Notes: generated by a model not told the origin, from the letters alone. A DNA stretch of 64,000 bases from Oceanispirochaeta sp. (GCA_963666275.2 CAXXOA010000002.1:768001-832000), one strand, 5' to 3'. Numbered from the stretch's first letter, positions 20,465-30,831 are shown. Translations and numbers: made by a program.

Positions 20465-21808
20465 ATGAAACTGGGAATTATCGGCGGAGGGAGTGTCCGG
20501 ACGCCGCTTTTAATTAAAAATCTACTGGAAAGGAATGATCCGGAACTGACCGAGATCGGCATATTTGATACGGATCATGAGAAGGTCAGACTTATCAGAC
20601 CTGTTCTGGATGAGATTGCCTCCCGCCTGGGCAGCCGGAAGCAGATTACAATCTGTGAAACCTTTGAAGAAATGGCTCATGGTGTGGATTATGTTTTTTC
20701 AAGCTTTCGTCAGGGAGGCGATGCCGGTAGAATCTTTGATGAATCTCTGGCCGAATCCCTGGGGATGCTGGGGCAGGAGACCGTGGGCGCCGGGGGAGCT
20801 TCTATGGCTCTGAGAACTCTGCCCGCTGCTATGGAGTATGCGGAATCCCTGAATCGGATCTCTCCGGATGCCTGGCTGATTAATTTTACAAATCCTTCGG
20901 GAATCCTTACGGAGGCTCTCCTGAATTACAGCAGTCATAAAAAGATTATAGGTATCTGTGATGCTCCCATTGTGATTAAAAATATGGCTGCCCGGTATTT
21001 GAAATGTCCGGTAGGGGAGATTGATTTCAAGAGCTTCGGACTGAATCATCTCGGCTGGGTCTATGAAATAAGGAGGAATGGTAAATCTGTTCTTGAACAG
21101 CTGGTGGAAGAAGCCGAGGAATTTGTTAAAACCGAGCCTCTGTATACAAATATGGTGGACCATATAAAGGAGACCGGACTGATTCCTAATGAATACCTCC
21201 TTTTCTACCTCCATTCGGAAGAAATAAGAAAAAAGTATGCTGAAAAATCCTATAAAAGGAGCCAGTTCATTGCAGATATAAATGAAGATTTTTTTAAGAA
21301 TCTCAGAAACCGGGGAACAGATTCGGCTATCACTGTCTATGAAAATTATCTGACCAGGAGAGAGAGTTCCTATATGGCCGTAGAGTCGGGAAATCCCCGG
21401 AAGGAAGAAAAAATTGATATTTTCGCCCTGAAAGACAAATTCGGTTACGACGATGTGGCTATTGCCGTGATGGATTCTCTCCGCGGCAAGGGGGATATAA
21501 CTCTTCCGGTCAATAGAAAAAATGACAGCTGTTCCTATCTGGAGAGAGATGATATTGTCGAGGTAGATACCCGTATCTGCAAAGATGGATTCAAACCGGG
21601 CTTTGATGTTCCGGAGCTTCCCGCATTCTGCCGTCAGCTGATTCTCTCGGTAAAATCCTACGAACGGGATCTGGTCAGGGGATACTTCGAGAAGGATGCG
21701 GACCGTATTGTGAAGGCTCTGGGCCGGAATCCTCTCATACCGGAGGAGAAGGCTGAAGCTCTGTTTAAAGCCGTTTTGAAGAACCACAATATGAAGGGGT
21801 TCCTTTAA
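20465..21808 (+). CDS. Family 4 glycosyl hydrolase (6-phospho-beta-glucosidase-like)
   Basis: IIGGGS, GQETVGAGG, NFTNPSG, GICD, GLNHL. Confidence 0.88.
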   Translation: MKLGIIGGGSVRTPLLIKNLLERNDPELTEIGIFDTDHEKVRLIRPVLDEIASRLGSRKQITICETFEEMAHGVDYVFSSFRQGGDAGRIFDESLAESLGMLGQETVGAGGASMALRTLPAAMEYAESLNRISPDAWLINFTNPSGILTEALLNYSSHKKIIGICDAPIVIKNMAARYLKCPVGEIDFKSFGLNHLGWVYEIRRNGKSVLEQLVEEAEEFVKTEPLYTNMVDHIKETGLIPNEYLLFYLHSEEIRKKYAEKSYKRSQFIADINEDFFKNLRNRGTDSAITVYENYLTRRESSYMAVESGNPRKEEKIDIFALKDKFGYDDVAIAVMDSLRGKGDITLPVNRKNDSCSYLERDDIVEVDTRICKDGFKPGFDVPELPAFCRQLILSVKSYERDLVRGYFEKDADRIVKALGRNPLIPEEKAEALFKAVLKNHNMKGFL

Positions 21809-22701
21809 TGAAAAAAAAGTACCGATCCCTCTATGAACGTCCCATGGGAGGGCTTCTCTATCTGATTCCGGGGATTGCGGTTTACTTCCTTTTCTTTATC
21901 TTCCCTGTTATCCGATCCCTGCTTTCCAGTTTTTATCAGTATGAGACCATGTTCCGCCGGTCTTTTTCCGGTCTGGAAAACTACATACTCGTTCTGAAGG
22001 ATTCAAAATTCTGGATTTCCCTCTCCCACAACGGGATCCTTATCCTCTTCATGATGCTTCTGCCGGGGATCGCCGGTCTGCTCCTGGCAACTCTGTTCGA
22101 ACTGGGAAAGCCGAAATTCGGAAAAGTCTTTGAAGTCAGCTGTTTCGCTCCCCAGATCCTTTCTCTGGTTGTGGTCGGCGTCATATGGAAGTGGATATAC
22201 AATCCTGTCTTCGGAATCCTCAATCATTTCCTCACGATTCTGGGACTGGAGAGCCTGACCCGTCCCTGGCTGGGGGATGCCTCCACAGCTCTTGCGGCCG
22301 TGGGATTCACAGGGACCTGGGTCAATTACGGTTTTGCCATGGTCATTTTTATGGCGGGATATAAAAAGATCCCCCGATCCCTTTTTGAATCCGCCTCCCT
22401 GGACGGTGCGGGATTCTGGCGGCAGTTCTATTCGATTTCTCTTCCGTCCCTGGCCGGGGAGTCGGCGGTGGTTTTTACCTATCTGTATATTCAGTCTCTC
22501 AAAACTTTTGATCTGAGTTATATCATGACAAAAGGTGGGCCCGGAGATTCCACCTCGGTCCTCTCTCTCTATATTTTTAAAAATGCCTTTCAATACAACA
22601 GGATGGGATACTCTGCGGCTCTGGCTATACTACTGCTTATCTGTATCACCATCGGATCCACTCTCATCGGGTATCTGACAGGGAGGGACAGCGATGAATA
22701 G
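21808..22701 (+). CDS. Carbohydrate ABC transporter permease
   Basis: GLENY, ESASLDGA EAA loop, MTKGGP. Confidence 0.92.
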   Translation: MKKKYRSLYERPMGGLLYLIPGIAVYFLFFIFPVIRSLLSSFYQYETMFRRSFSGLENYILVLKDSKFWISLSHNGILILFMMLLPGIAGLLLATLFELGKPKFGKVFEVSCFAPQILSLVVVGVIWKWIYNPVFGILNHFLTILGLESLTRPWLGDASTALAAVGFTGTWVNYGFAMVIFMAGYKKIPRSLFESASLDGAGFWRQFYSISLPSLAGESAVVFTYLYIQSLKTFDLSYIMTKGGPGDSTSVLSLYIFKNAFQYNRMGYSAALAILLLICITIGSTLIGYLTGRDSDE

Positions 22702-23524
22702 CAGACAGACAGTTTATAAAATTTTCACCTATGCCGTGCTTGTGCTGGTCTTACTTATGGCCGTCACACCCCTTTTTTTTACCTGGTTCACCGCATTCAA
22801 GGCAAAATCAGAATTGATCACCAATATCTTCGGACTCCCCCGGAGCTGGGAGTGGGGCAACATAGGCAGAGCCTGGAACCAGGGGCATTTCGGTACCTAT
22901 TACAGGAACTCTCTTATTGTTGTCTTCCCTGTCATTTTTCTTTCCCTGTTTTTATCCCTTCTGAATGCCTATGGTTTTGTCCATTTCCGGATCCCCGGTA
23001 AAAAAATTCTTTTCCAGATTTTCCTGCTGGGCCTGGCTGTTCCCATGGAAGTTGTCATGATCCAGCAGTACTTCCATATGCAGAATCTCGGGCTTCTCAA
23101 CACAAGAACCGGGCTTATACTGGCACAGGTGGCCATGTCCCTTCCTTTCGGGACCTTTTTCCTTTCCGCCAGTATGAAAACACTCCCCCGGGCAGTGATC
23201 GAATCTGCCGAAGTGGACGGGGCTTCTCCAATGCGGATCCTGTGGCAGATCCTCATGCCCCTGCTCATGCCCTCTCTCGTGGCGGCGTCTATCTTCTTTT
23301 TCATCTGGACCTGGAACGAATTCCTTCTGGCCCTGGTTCTGATCGGTGTGGAAAAGTTGAGAACCCTTCCTCTGGGGATGGCCTATTTTCAGGGCAAATA
23401 CGTGGGAGATATTCCTCTTATGGCCATGGGAGCCACTCTGATGACCGTCCCTGTGCTGGCGTTTTACGTGGCACTGCAGCGGTATTTTATCTCCGGTATC
23501 ATCGCCGGATCTGTTAAAGAGTAA
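22694..23524 (+). CDS. Carbohydrate ABC transporter permease
   Basis: ESAEVDGA EAA loop, WNEF, GSVKE end. Confidence 0.92.
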   Translation: MNSRQTVYKIFTYAVLVLVLLMAVTPLFFTWFTAFKAKSELITNIFGLPRSWEWGNIGRAWNQGHFGTYYRNSLIVVFPVIFLSLFLSLLNAYGFVHFRIPGKKILFQIFLLGLAVPMEVVMIQQYFHMQNLGLLNTRTGLILAQVAMSLPFGTFFLSASMKTLPRAVIESAEVDGASPMRILWQILMPLLMPSLVAASIFFFIWTWNEFLLALVLIGVEKLRTLPLGMAYFQGKYVGDIPLMAMGATLMTVPVLAFYVALQRYFISGIIAGSVKE

Positions 23525-23534
23525 GGAGAGTCTA

Positions 23535-24548
23535 TTGAATCTGCAGAATCCATCCTATGCTGACTTCAGCCTGTGCCGGGAAATGCTTCAGACTCCGGAA
23601 ATCATCGCATCATTCGATTCCCGGGCAGCGGAACAGTTCCATCCCGGAAAAACTGGCAGAGTTCTGATCACAGGCGAGGGCAGCAGCCGGATCTTCCCGG
23701 CAAAGAATGCCATCCATTACAATCTGAAACGGGGCAGTTCCACAATATTTACCGCCGGTTCCTATCTTGCCAGGGAGTATGATCTGAAAGACTCAGCTGT
23801 TTTCGGCAGCACCAATTCAGGCAGCACAAAAGAGCTTGCGGCCCTGATCGATACTTTCGGGAAGGGAACAGGAACTCCCGATTCGTTTACTCTGGTCACA
23901 GCCAATGGGGATTCCCCCCTTTTGAAGGAAGCGGACTCCCGTTACATTCTGGGCTGCGGCCAGGAGAAGGCTGTCGCCGCCACGAAGAGCGTGGTGGAAC
24001 AGGCTCTGTTTTTTCACAGCTATGCGGCTTTGGGAAACCGAGAGGACATGACGGGCCTGTCCGCCCTGGCAGGCAGCTTCGCATCCGTACTGGAGCAAAC
24101 AGTACCCCGGGGGATCGCTGAAACCATCGCCCGGTCGGGGCGTCTCTATTTCGCCGGAAAAAATGATGGAGCCGCAGAAGAATTGACTCTGAAAACCAAT
24201 GAAATTGTCAGAAAGCCTTCCGCCTTTCTGGAAGGCACCTATCTGCTTCATGGCATTGAAGAAATTCTGGGAAAAGAGGATGTCATTGTCATTCTGGATC
24301 CCTATCCCGAAGAGTATGAAAAGATCCGGCAGTGCATTACAGAAGCCACTGGGGCTTCGGTCGTAGCTGTCTCTTCCCGGCAGACCCCGTTTCCCACCAT
24401 CCAGATTCCATCTCTGGAGGGGTATGACTCCTACCTCCATCTGGCGGCGGGATGGAATCTTCTTGTGGACGCCGGATTACTCCTGGGGATTGATCTGGAT
24501 ACTCCCTCCAGAGCTAGAAAAGTCGGCAATGGCATAGCCGCCATTTAA
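23535..24548 (+). CDS. Tandem SIS-domain sugar-phosphate isomerase/deaminase (GlmS isomerase half, no glutaminase domain)
   Basis: EMLQTP, TGEGSS, STNSGST, EKAVAATKS, ELTLKTNE, LHG; TTG start after AGGAG. Confidence 0.75.
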   Translation: MNLQNPSYADFSLCREMLQTPEIIASFDSRAAEQFHPGKTGRVLITGEGSSRIFPAKNAIHYNLKRGSSTIFTAGSYLAREYDLKDSAVFGSTNSGSTKELAALIDTFGKGTGTPDSFTLVTANGDSPLLKEADSRYILGCGQEKAVAATKSVVEQALFFHSYAALGNREDMTGLSALAGSFASVLEQTVPRGIAETIARSGRLYFAGKNDGAAEELTLKTNEIVRKPSAFLEGTYLLHGIEEILGKEDVIVILDPYPEEYEKIRQCITEATGASVVAVSSRQTPFPTIQIPSLEGYDSYLHLAAGWNLLVDAGLLLGIDLDTPSRARKVGNGIAAI

Positions 24549-24551
24549 GTC

Positions 24552-25568
24552 CTAGCTTTTCCGATCCTCCCGCCCATCAGCGTAGCGGGCAAAGCGGATA
24601 GCTTCGGGGGAGTGAACCGGTTCTCTTGTAGGCCAGGGCCAACCGCCGAACTGGGTGGCCCTGTAGTCGGAAATGGCCTGGTTGATCTCTTCGTCGGTGT
24701 TCATCACAAAGGGGCCGTACTGAGCCACAGGCTCTCCTATGGGTTTGCCCTGAAGCAGGAGCAGACGGCTTGTCTTCTCTCCGTTTGTCAGCTTCAGGGA
24801 AGAATCTCCCGGGACATCGAACGAGTGATTTTCCTGTATTTCTGTGTCATGGGCCTTGAGGCCGCCTCCCTCGTAGTAGTAGAGGGTTCTTCTGCTTTCA
24901 GATACTCCTTCCGGGAGAGTCCAGACAGCATGGGGGGCCAGGGTTATTATCCAGATGGCAACGTGGTTCTCCGGATTCTTTGCCCAGGAGTCAGGTGCCG
25001 GTGGAGGGGCTGTTTCTCCCCTGAGATTACCCGCAATGATCCGGACGGAAATCTCCCGGCCATCCTCGTCCTCTTCCTTACGTATGGGAATATCCTCAGA
25101 CCACAGCATGGTGTAGTGGGGATCGGCAAACTTATCCTTTGCAGGCAGATTCAGCCATACCTGAAAAAGGTGGAGTGTATTGGGTTTGTCCCGGTGGACA
25201 CAGGGAAACATTTCCGAGTGCTGAAGACCGCTGCCGGCTGTCATCCACTGGACATCTCCTTCCCCGTATCGCCCTGCGGCTCCGTGAGAATCCGAGTGAT
25301 CCACATAGCCTTCCAGAACGATGGTGACAGTCTCGAATCCCCTGTGGGGGTGCTCGGGAAATCCGGGGACCCTTTCGCCATGGTACATCCGCCAGCCGTC
25401 TTTCAGTGTAAAGTCCTGGCCGATATGCCTTCCCGCCAGAGAGGCGTCCGGACCCTGATGATCATTTCCCTCCGGGTAATGATCGTAGTGGTGGGCACAG
25501 AAAAGAAAAGGATCCTGTGTTACCCAGTGAAAACCCAGGCTTTGAATGTTACTGACAACTTCCTTCAT
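24552..25568 (-). CDS. Pirin-family protein
   Basis: HPHRGFETVT, H.DS.G, WMTAGSGLQHSE, QVWLNLP, GPFVMN. Confidence 0.92.
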   Translation of the reverse strand: MKEVVSNIQSLGFHWVTQDPFLFCAHHYDHYPEGNDHQGPDASLAGRHIGQDFTLKDGWRMYHGERVPGFPEHPHRGFETVTIVLEGYVDHSDSHGAAGRYGEGDVQWMTAGSGLQHSEMFPCVHRDKPNTLHLFQVWLNLPAKDKFADPHYTMLWSEDIPIRKEEDEDGREISVRIIAGNLRGETAPPPAPDSWAKNPENHVAIWIITLAPHAVWTLPEGVSESRRTLYYYEGGGLKAHDTEIQENHSFDVPGDSSLKLTNGEKTSRLLLLQGKPIGEPVAQYGPFVMNTDEEINQAISDYRATQFGGWPWPTREPVHSPEAIRFARYADGREDRKS

Positions 25569-25706
25569 AACGGCGACTCCCTGCTTTTTAAAAGGTATGT
25601 TCCTAAAATCATAGGGGATTCCTATCTATTTTGAAAGCAGGTTACTCTGATTTGCCGGATATATGGAAATCATTCCGGTTTTGTAATAATATATCTCCAT
25701 AAAAAA

Positions 25707-27473
25707 ATGCAGCTATCGATTGAAAAATTCTTTAAATATCTGGCTATTGCAGGCTTTATCATCCCTTTTGCCATCATCAGTCTCATCATTACTGGTATGT
25801 ACAAGAACCGTCTTGTGGATCAGCAGATTGACAAACAGGTCAGGGTGAATGAATCTCTTAAAAAAACGGTCCTTGATGAGCAGGTCCGAGACTGTGAGTC
25901 AGTGCTGCTCAAGTACACAGAGGATCTGGATGTTCTGTCGGAGGAACAGCTGCAGGATATTATCCCCATCCTCAAAGGGGAGTGGAATATCCTCAGAGTT
26001 CTGCTGCCCGCCAATGCGGTTTTTTCTTTAATCCGGGGGGGCCTCAGGTATGAGATTTCTTCTTCCGGTACAGATTCTGTCCTCTTTGATCAGCAGATCC
26101 CCTATATTTCCGGCACGGACTTTCCGGACGACCGGGTCAGCTGGAGTATTCCCTATCAGTCAATTTATACAAGGGAAATTATCCTTACGGCTGTGGTCCC
26201 CCTTAAGTCTCCCGAACCGTCCCTTCTGGCTCTGGACATCCCCATGAAGGAGTTTGTTTCCCGTTTTAAAGAGGAAACGGAACAGAAAGGGGAGAAGTTT
26301 CTGGTCCTCCTGAGCGGGGATGAGGTGATCAATCTCAATCGGAAGCTGAATGAGCCTGTGGAGTACAGCTCTCTCTATGACTGGGAGCTGCTTCTGGATA
26401 AAAAGAACTCGGTTCACCAGATAGGACTTCTCGGTAAAAGATACTATATTCTCACAACCTATCTGGAATCCATGGATTTCTATCTGGCCTCCCTTATTCC
26501 CTACAGGATTGTACTTCTTGAAATTATTCCCGCCATGGCAGTGAACGGGATCATTCTGATTCTGTCATTTATTCTTATTTACTGGGGCATCAAGAAAGTC
26601 ACCGGAAGGATCAGCAGCAATGTCCGCCTGATGAATGATTATATGGCAGCTATTGAACGCGGGAATTATCAGATCCGAAACTGCACCACTGAGGTTACCG
26701 AATTTCTTACTCTCAACAGGAGCCTCAACAGTCTGGTGGAAACCCTGGCCTCGAATATTACAGACCTGGAAAAGGGCAACCGGGAGCTGGCCGATCAGAC
26801 CGAGCTGAAAACCATACTGCTTCATATGATCAGTCATAACGCATCCACACCGGTGACGATCCTGCTGAATACAGCCTATGAAAAGCTGGAAGACGAGGAT
26901 AACGAGGAGATCCGGCAGATGTATATTGCCGCGGGTAATCTGCGGACACTGATGGAGAATATTATGGTTCTTCTGAAGCTTGAGGAGGGATTCTCAGGGC
27001 TCCAGGAGGAGATCATTAATCTGAACGATCTGACCCGGGATGTCTGTCAGATGTACGAACCTCTGCTGGCGAGAAAGGATCTGGCATTCGACCTGGATTT
27101 ACCTGATCTCTTCTGGAAGGGGAACTATTTTCTCGGAAAAGTCCTCCTCGAAAACCTGATAGAGAATGCTCTGAAATACTCTTTTCATGGAGGGACTGTC
27201 AGCATCTGTTGTGAGAACACCGGTGAGGAAGTCAGGTGGACCATTTTTGATAACGGCCCGGGGTTCAGCCGGGAAGACAGAAAAATGGCGTTTACCCGTT
27301 TTAAAACCCTTTCCGCCCGTCCTACCGGAGGAGAGTCCTCCAGCGGTATCGGTCTGTTCCTTGTAAAGCAGATAATGCTCCGCTGCGGCGGGAATATCCG
27401 GATCCTTCCGGAAGAGGATCATTCCGGAGGAGCGATTGAGCTTCTGTTTCCCGGGGCTTACGCGGAGACCTGA
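25707..27473 (+). CDS. Membrane sensor histidine kinase (2 TM, HAMP, HisKA, HATPase)
   Basis: ISHNASTP H-box, NLIENALKYS, DNGPG, GIGL. Confidence 0.85.
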   Translation: MQLSIEKFFKYLAIAGFIIPFAIISLIITGMYKNRLVDQQIDKQVRVNESLKKTVLDEQVRDCESVLLKYTEDLDVLSEEQLQDIIPILKGEWNILRVLLPANAVFSLIRGGLRYEISSSGTDSVLFDQQIPYISGTDFPDDRVSWSIPYQSIYTREIILTAVVPLKSPEPSLLALDIPMKEFVSRFKEETEQKGEKFLVLLSGDEVINLNRKLNEPVEYSSLYDWELLLDKKNSVHQIGLLGKRYYILTTYLESMDFYLASLIPYRIVLLEIIPAMAVNGIILILSFILIYWGIKKVTGRISSNVRLMNDYMAAIERGNYQIRNCTTEVTEFLTLNRSLNSLVETLASNITDLEKGNRELADQTELKTILLHMISHNASTPVTILLNTAYEKLEDEDNEEIRQMYIAAGNLRTLMENIMVLLKLEEGFSGLQEEIINLNDLTRDVCQMYEPLLARKDLAFDLDLPDLFWKGNYFLGKVLLENLIENALKYSFHGGTVSICCENTGEEVRWTIFDNGPGFSREDRKMAFTRFKTLSARPTGGESSSGIGLFLVKQIMLRCGGNIRILPEEDHSGGAIELLFPGAYAET

Positions 27474-28330
27474 CGTTTCCCTGAGATTCGCAGGAATAAC
27501 CAGAGAACAATATTCAAAAGAATAATCCCCAGGGTCAGCAGGGTTTTGATCAACCATATCCCCCTGAAGTCCAGAACCAGAAAGCTGTCCAGATAATCTA
27601 CCTTTTTTACAGTCCTGGCCCTGCCGGGCTGAAGTGTGCTGAGGTTATAGCCTTCGGTTCCTTTCTGAAGAAGGCCGAAGTAATCATAAATATTGAGTTC
27701 CCCGATTTTACTCTGGTCCGGATGCAGGATCGTTTCTCCCCGGAAATTGACAAGGAAAGCTGTCTGAAGTCTCCCATGAGAGTATTGCTTCAGAATCTGC
27801 GAGACCTCTTCGTAGGGGACAAGGTACCCCAGGACTCCGATGAGATTTCCCGGGGAGCTGTATACTTTCTGATTGTAGTAGATGTAGAGTTTCCCCTTGA
27901 GGGAGTCATAAAAGAGTTCATAATCCTCGTTTTTGTCAGAGCTGATAAAGTTATAGTACCAGCTGTCTCTGGGATTTTCGGGGCTCATCTTTACTTCTGT
28001 TCCCGCAGACTGGTAGACAATTTCTGACTGGGATGAGGCAAAATCCAGGGCATCGCATCCTGTTCGTATGGCAAGATCTTCCAGATAGGCATCCAGGTTC
28101 TGTCTGACCCGGGGAGATTCAATCCAGTCAGATAAAAACCGGGCATTTATTTTCTGTTCTTCCATAGACTGAATGGGAGCCATAATTGTATTGAGTTCCT
28201 GTTCCACCCTGGTAATGATTCCATTGGAGATTCTATTATAAAACCAGAAGTGATACAGTGTATTTATCAGAAGCAGAAAGAGAAGAGACGAGAGAATTGT
28301 TGTACTTAGTATGACTTTTTTACTATCCAT
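27458..28330 (-). CDS. Cache-like sensor-domain membrane protein without cytoplasmic output
   Basis: N- and C-terminal TM, RDSWYY, GNLIGVLG, FLVN..GETILHPD typical of dCache; only a short tail. Confidence 0.65.
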   Translation of the reverse strand: MDSKKVILSTTILSSLLFLLLINTLYHFWFYNRISNGIITRVEQELNTIMAPIQSMEEQKINARFLSDWIESPRVRQNLDAYLEDLAIRTGCDALDFASSQSEIVYQSAGTEVKMSPENPRDSWYYNFISSDKNEDYELFYDSLKGKLYIYYNQKVYSSPGNLIGVLGYLVPYEEVSQILKQYSHGRLQTAFLVNFRGETILHPDQSKIGELNIYDYFGLLQKGTEGYNLSTLQPGRARTVKKVDYLDSFLVLDFRGIWLIKTLLTLGIILLNIVLWLFLRISGKRQVSA

Positions 28331-28393
28331 TGCAACTTGAATTTATAGCTTCTTCCGAAAATTGGCAACTATGGATAGATAAATACTGATAAG

Positions 28394-28416
28394 ATACCCC
28401 CTGATGGGGGTATTTT
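28394..28416. other. Perfect hairpin in divergent intergenic region
   Basis: ataccccc-tgat-gggggtat followed by Ts. Confidence 0.4.
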
Positions 28417-28514
28417 GTTAATTATTCTCAGAAAACTGGATAGCCTGGAAAGAAAATTTAAAAATTAAGGTTTTTTTAATCCTGCTGTGAAAAGCTTGGC
28501 AGGGAAGGAAAAAA

Positions 28515-29207
28515 ATGAGTTTAAATGTTCTAATCGCTGAGGACCTTGAGTATCTGCGGAGTTATGTCTCAAAAATACTGCAGAAAGAAGGCTACCGGAC
28601 TCTGGAAGCTTCCTCAGGAGAAGCCTGTCTGAAAATACTGGGAGAAAACAGTATTGACCTTATCCTTCTGGACTTGAACCTGGGTGATATGGATGGACGG
28701 GACATCATCAGGATTCTCAGAAGGCAGTACAACGATATCCCCATCATGGTGGTTTCCAATTTCACCGAGATCGACATAAAGGTGAAAGCCTTTGATCTGG
28801 GATGTGATGACTATCTGACAAAACCATTTTATAAAAAAGAACTCCTGGCAAGGATCCGACGCCTTTGCGCCAGAACCTCTCCGGCAGCAGAGAGTAAACC
28901 GGCTGTGAAAAAACTTGAACTGGGCCCCTTTCTTGTGGATTATGCCAATTTCAGGGTTTTTAAAAATGGATCTGAAATTCATATGAACAGGAAACTTCTC
29001 GATCTCTTTACCTATTTTGTTTCCCATCCGGAGCAGGTCCTGACAAGAGAGTTGATTCTTGACAATATATGGAAGGGCCAGGACTTCCCATCAGAAAACT
29101 CTCTGACAGTCCATATTCATATGCTCCGGGATCTCATTGAAGACGATCCGAAAAAACCTGTGTATCTGAAAACAAAACGAGGAGCCGGATACATCTTCAA
29201 GGTCTAA
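28515..29207 (+). CDS. OmpR/PhoB-family response regulator
   Basis: LIAED, LILLDL, GCDDYLTKPF, winged helix ending KTKRGAGY. Confidence 0.92.
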   Translation: MSLNVLIAEDLEYLRSYVSKILQKEGYRTLEASSGEACLKILGENSIDLILLDLNLGDMDGRDIIRILRRQYNDIPIMVVSNFTEIDIKVKAFDLGCDDYLTKPFYKKELLARIRRLCARTSPAAESKPAVKKLELGPFLVDYANFRVFKNGSEIHMNRKLLDLFTYFVSHPEQVLTRELILDNIWKGQDFPSENSLTVHIHMLRDLIEDDPKKPVYLKTKRGAGYIFKV

Positions 29208-29215
29208 GGGCTTTT

Positions 29216-30097
29216 TTAAAAATCAAAGAGTCTGTAGTTCAGGGCATCGGCCATATCGATCTTTTCGGACTGCTGCAGATGGTCCTCGAATATCTCCGTT
29301 TTCTGCACCGTGCCTCCCGACGAATCGATCACAAAAAAAGCGTTCTTGGGATACTTCTTCTTGATTTCAATCAGTGTGGCTGTGATCTCTTCGATATTGG
29401 CCGGGTCGTCGTCGCTGACGCCGAAGCGGTGATGGGGGCTGTAGCCGTACTTCTGAAAGGCCTTTTCCACCGACCGGTGGAGGGCCTCTTTTTTCAGTAT
29501 GGAAATGGGCGTGTTCAGTTCGGGGTCTCCCAGGTCCCGTCTGACTCTGGGGTTCGAGACGGGATAGATTGTCAGCAGGTTGGGTTTCCGGAGGAGGAAG
29601 CCCTTACGGTAGAACAGGTTCATAGCCCGTTTTATCGTTGCCGGCTGATGCCCCCGGGCGGTGATGATCGAAACAGGCCTGCCGTTCAGGACGGCATAGA
29701 AAAAGTGGTTCCAGCTGGGGCCGTGCCACTCCCATTCGGGCTTTTCCAGAGCCTTTTCCAGATCAATCTCAATGTACTGACGGCGTTTCTTTCCCCGGAC
29801 CCAGAGGGGATACTTTTTATCCCGGAAGTTCCGGTAGGATCCCACCGAATCGTCCCTGTTGACGTAATAGTCCGCGTATTTACCGCTTCTCCCGATGGTT
29901 CTGGTGTTCTGAGCCAGTTCGGCCGAGCTGATTTCTATCTCCTGATGGGTTTCCTTATGAAACAGAAGGATTTTTGTTCCCACAATGGCGATATTGTCAT
30001 CCAGGTCAAAAAAATAGAAACTGCGCCCGCCGTGACGGGCATTTCTGTCTTCCTTGTAGGGGAGCCACTGGGCAAGGGGCAGCTGCTTCTGGGGCAT
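29216..30097 (-). CDS. HAD-superfamily protein of unknown specificity
   Basis: FFDLDDN (motif I), ITARG (II), K (III), GVSDDD (IV); TGATG coupling to surE. Confidence 0.6.
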   Translation of the reverse strand: MPQKQLPLAQWLPYKEDRNARHGGRSFYFFDLDDNIAIVGTKILLFHKETHQEIEISSAELAQNTRTIGRSGKYADYYVNRDDSVGSYRNFRDKKYPLWVRGKKRRQYIEIDLEKALEKPEWEWHGPSWNHFFYAVLNGRPVSIITARGHQPATIKRAMNLFYRKGFLLRKPNLLTIYPVSNPRVRRDLGDPELNTPISILKKEALHRSVEKAFQKYGYSPHHRFGVSDDDPANIEEITATLIEIKKKYPKNAFFVIDSSGGTVQKTEIFEDHLQQSEKIDMADALNYRLFDF

Positions 30098-30825
30098 CAG
30101 AGTCTCTCTTTCAGAAGGTTCATATACTGATAGTCCGTACGGTTGATCTGTATGGGAGTTATGGAGACATAGCCGTTTTCCCAGGCCCAGACATCTGTTT
30201 CGGGCAGGTTTTCCGTTTTATTCCAGTTCCCCCTCGCCCAGATCAGGCCGTCTTCCTCAATAAATTCATGATTAAAGGGACGCAGCCCCATCTCTGTAAT
30301 TTTAATCCCCTTCAGCTCTTTAAACTCTTTCTGGGGAAAGTTGATATTGATCACCCTTTCCCTGTCCAGAATATCCGCCGCAAGAACCTTGCGGATAATC
30401 TCCTTCAGGTGGGGTCTGGCGCTGTCCAGACCCGCAAAGTCGGCGGAAACAGCAATGGAGGGAACGCCGCAGATAATCCCTTCGGAGGCTCCGGCCAGGG
30501 TTCCCGAGTAGATGATATCTGTTCCCACGTTGGGACCGTCATTGATTCCCGAAACCACAAGATCCACAGGGAGGTTCAGTCCGTACAGGGCGAATTTCAC
30601 ACAGTCCGCCGGTTTGGCCTCCAGGCTCCAGGCATCCATGGAGTCAAAGAGCTCCTTCCGGTGGTGCACTCTGAAAGGTTCATGGATCGTAATGCCGTGA
30701 CCGATAGCGCTCTGCTGAGTGTGAGGCGCCACAACAGAGACCTTACCGAAGTCTCTCATTGTTTCGGCCAGAACTTTTATTCCGGGAGCTTCGATCCCGT
30801 CGTCGTTTACAAGGAGTATATTCAT
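30097..30825 (-). CDS. surE: 5'/3'-nucleotidase SurE
   Basis: ILLVNDDGI.APGI, VVSGIN.G.N.G.D..YSGT, SITP. Confidence 0.93.
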   Translation of the reverse strand: MNILLVNDDGIEAPGIKVLAETMRDFGKVSVVAPHTQQSAIGHGITIHEPFRVHHRKELFDSMDAWSLEAKPADCVKFALYGLNLPVDLVVSGINDGPNVGTDIIYSGTLAGASEGIICGVPSIAVSADFAGLDSARPHLKEIIRKVLAADILDRERVININFPQKEFKELKGIKITEMGLRPFNHEFIEEDGLIWARGNWNKTENLPETDVWAWENGYVSITPIQINRTDYQYMNLLKERL

Positions 30826-30831
30826 GAAAAG

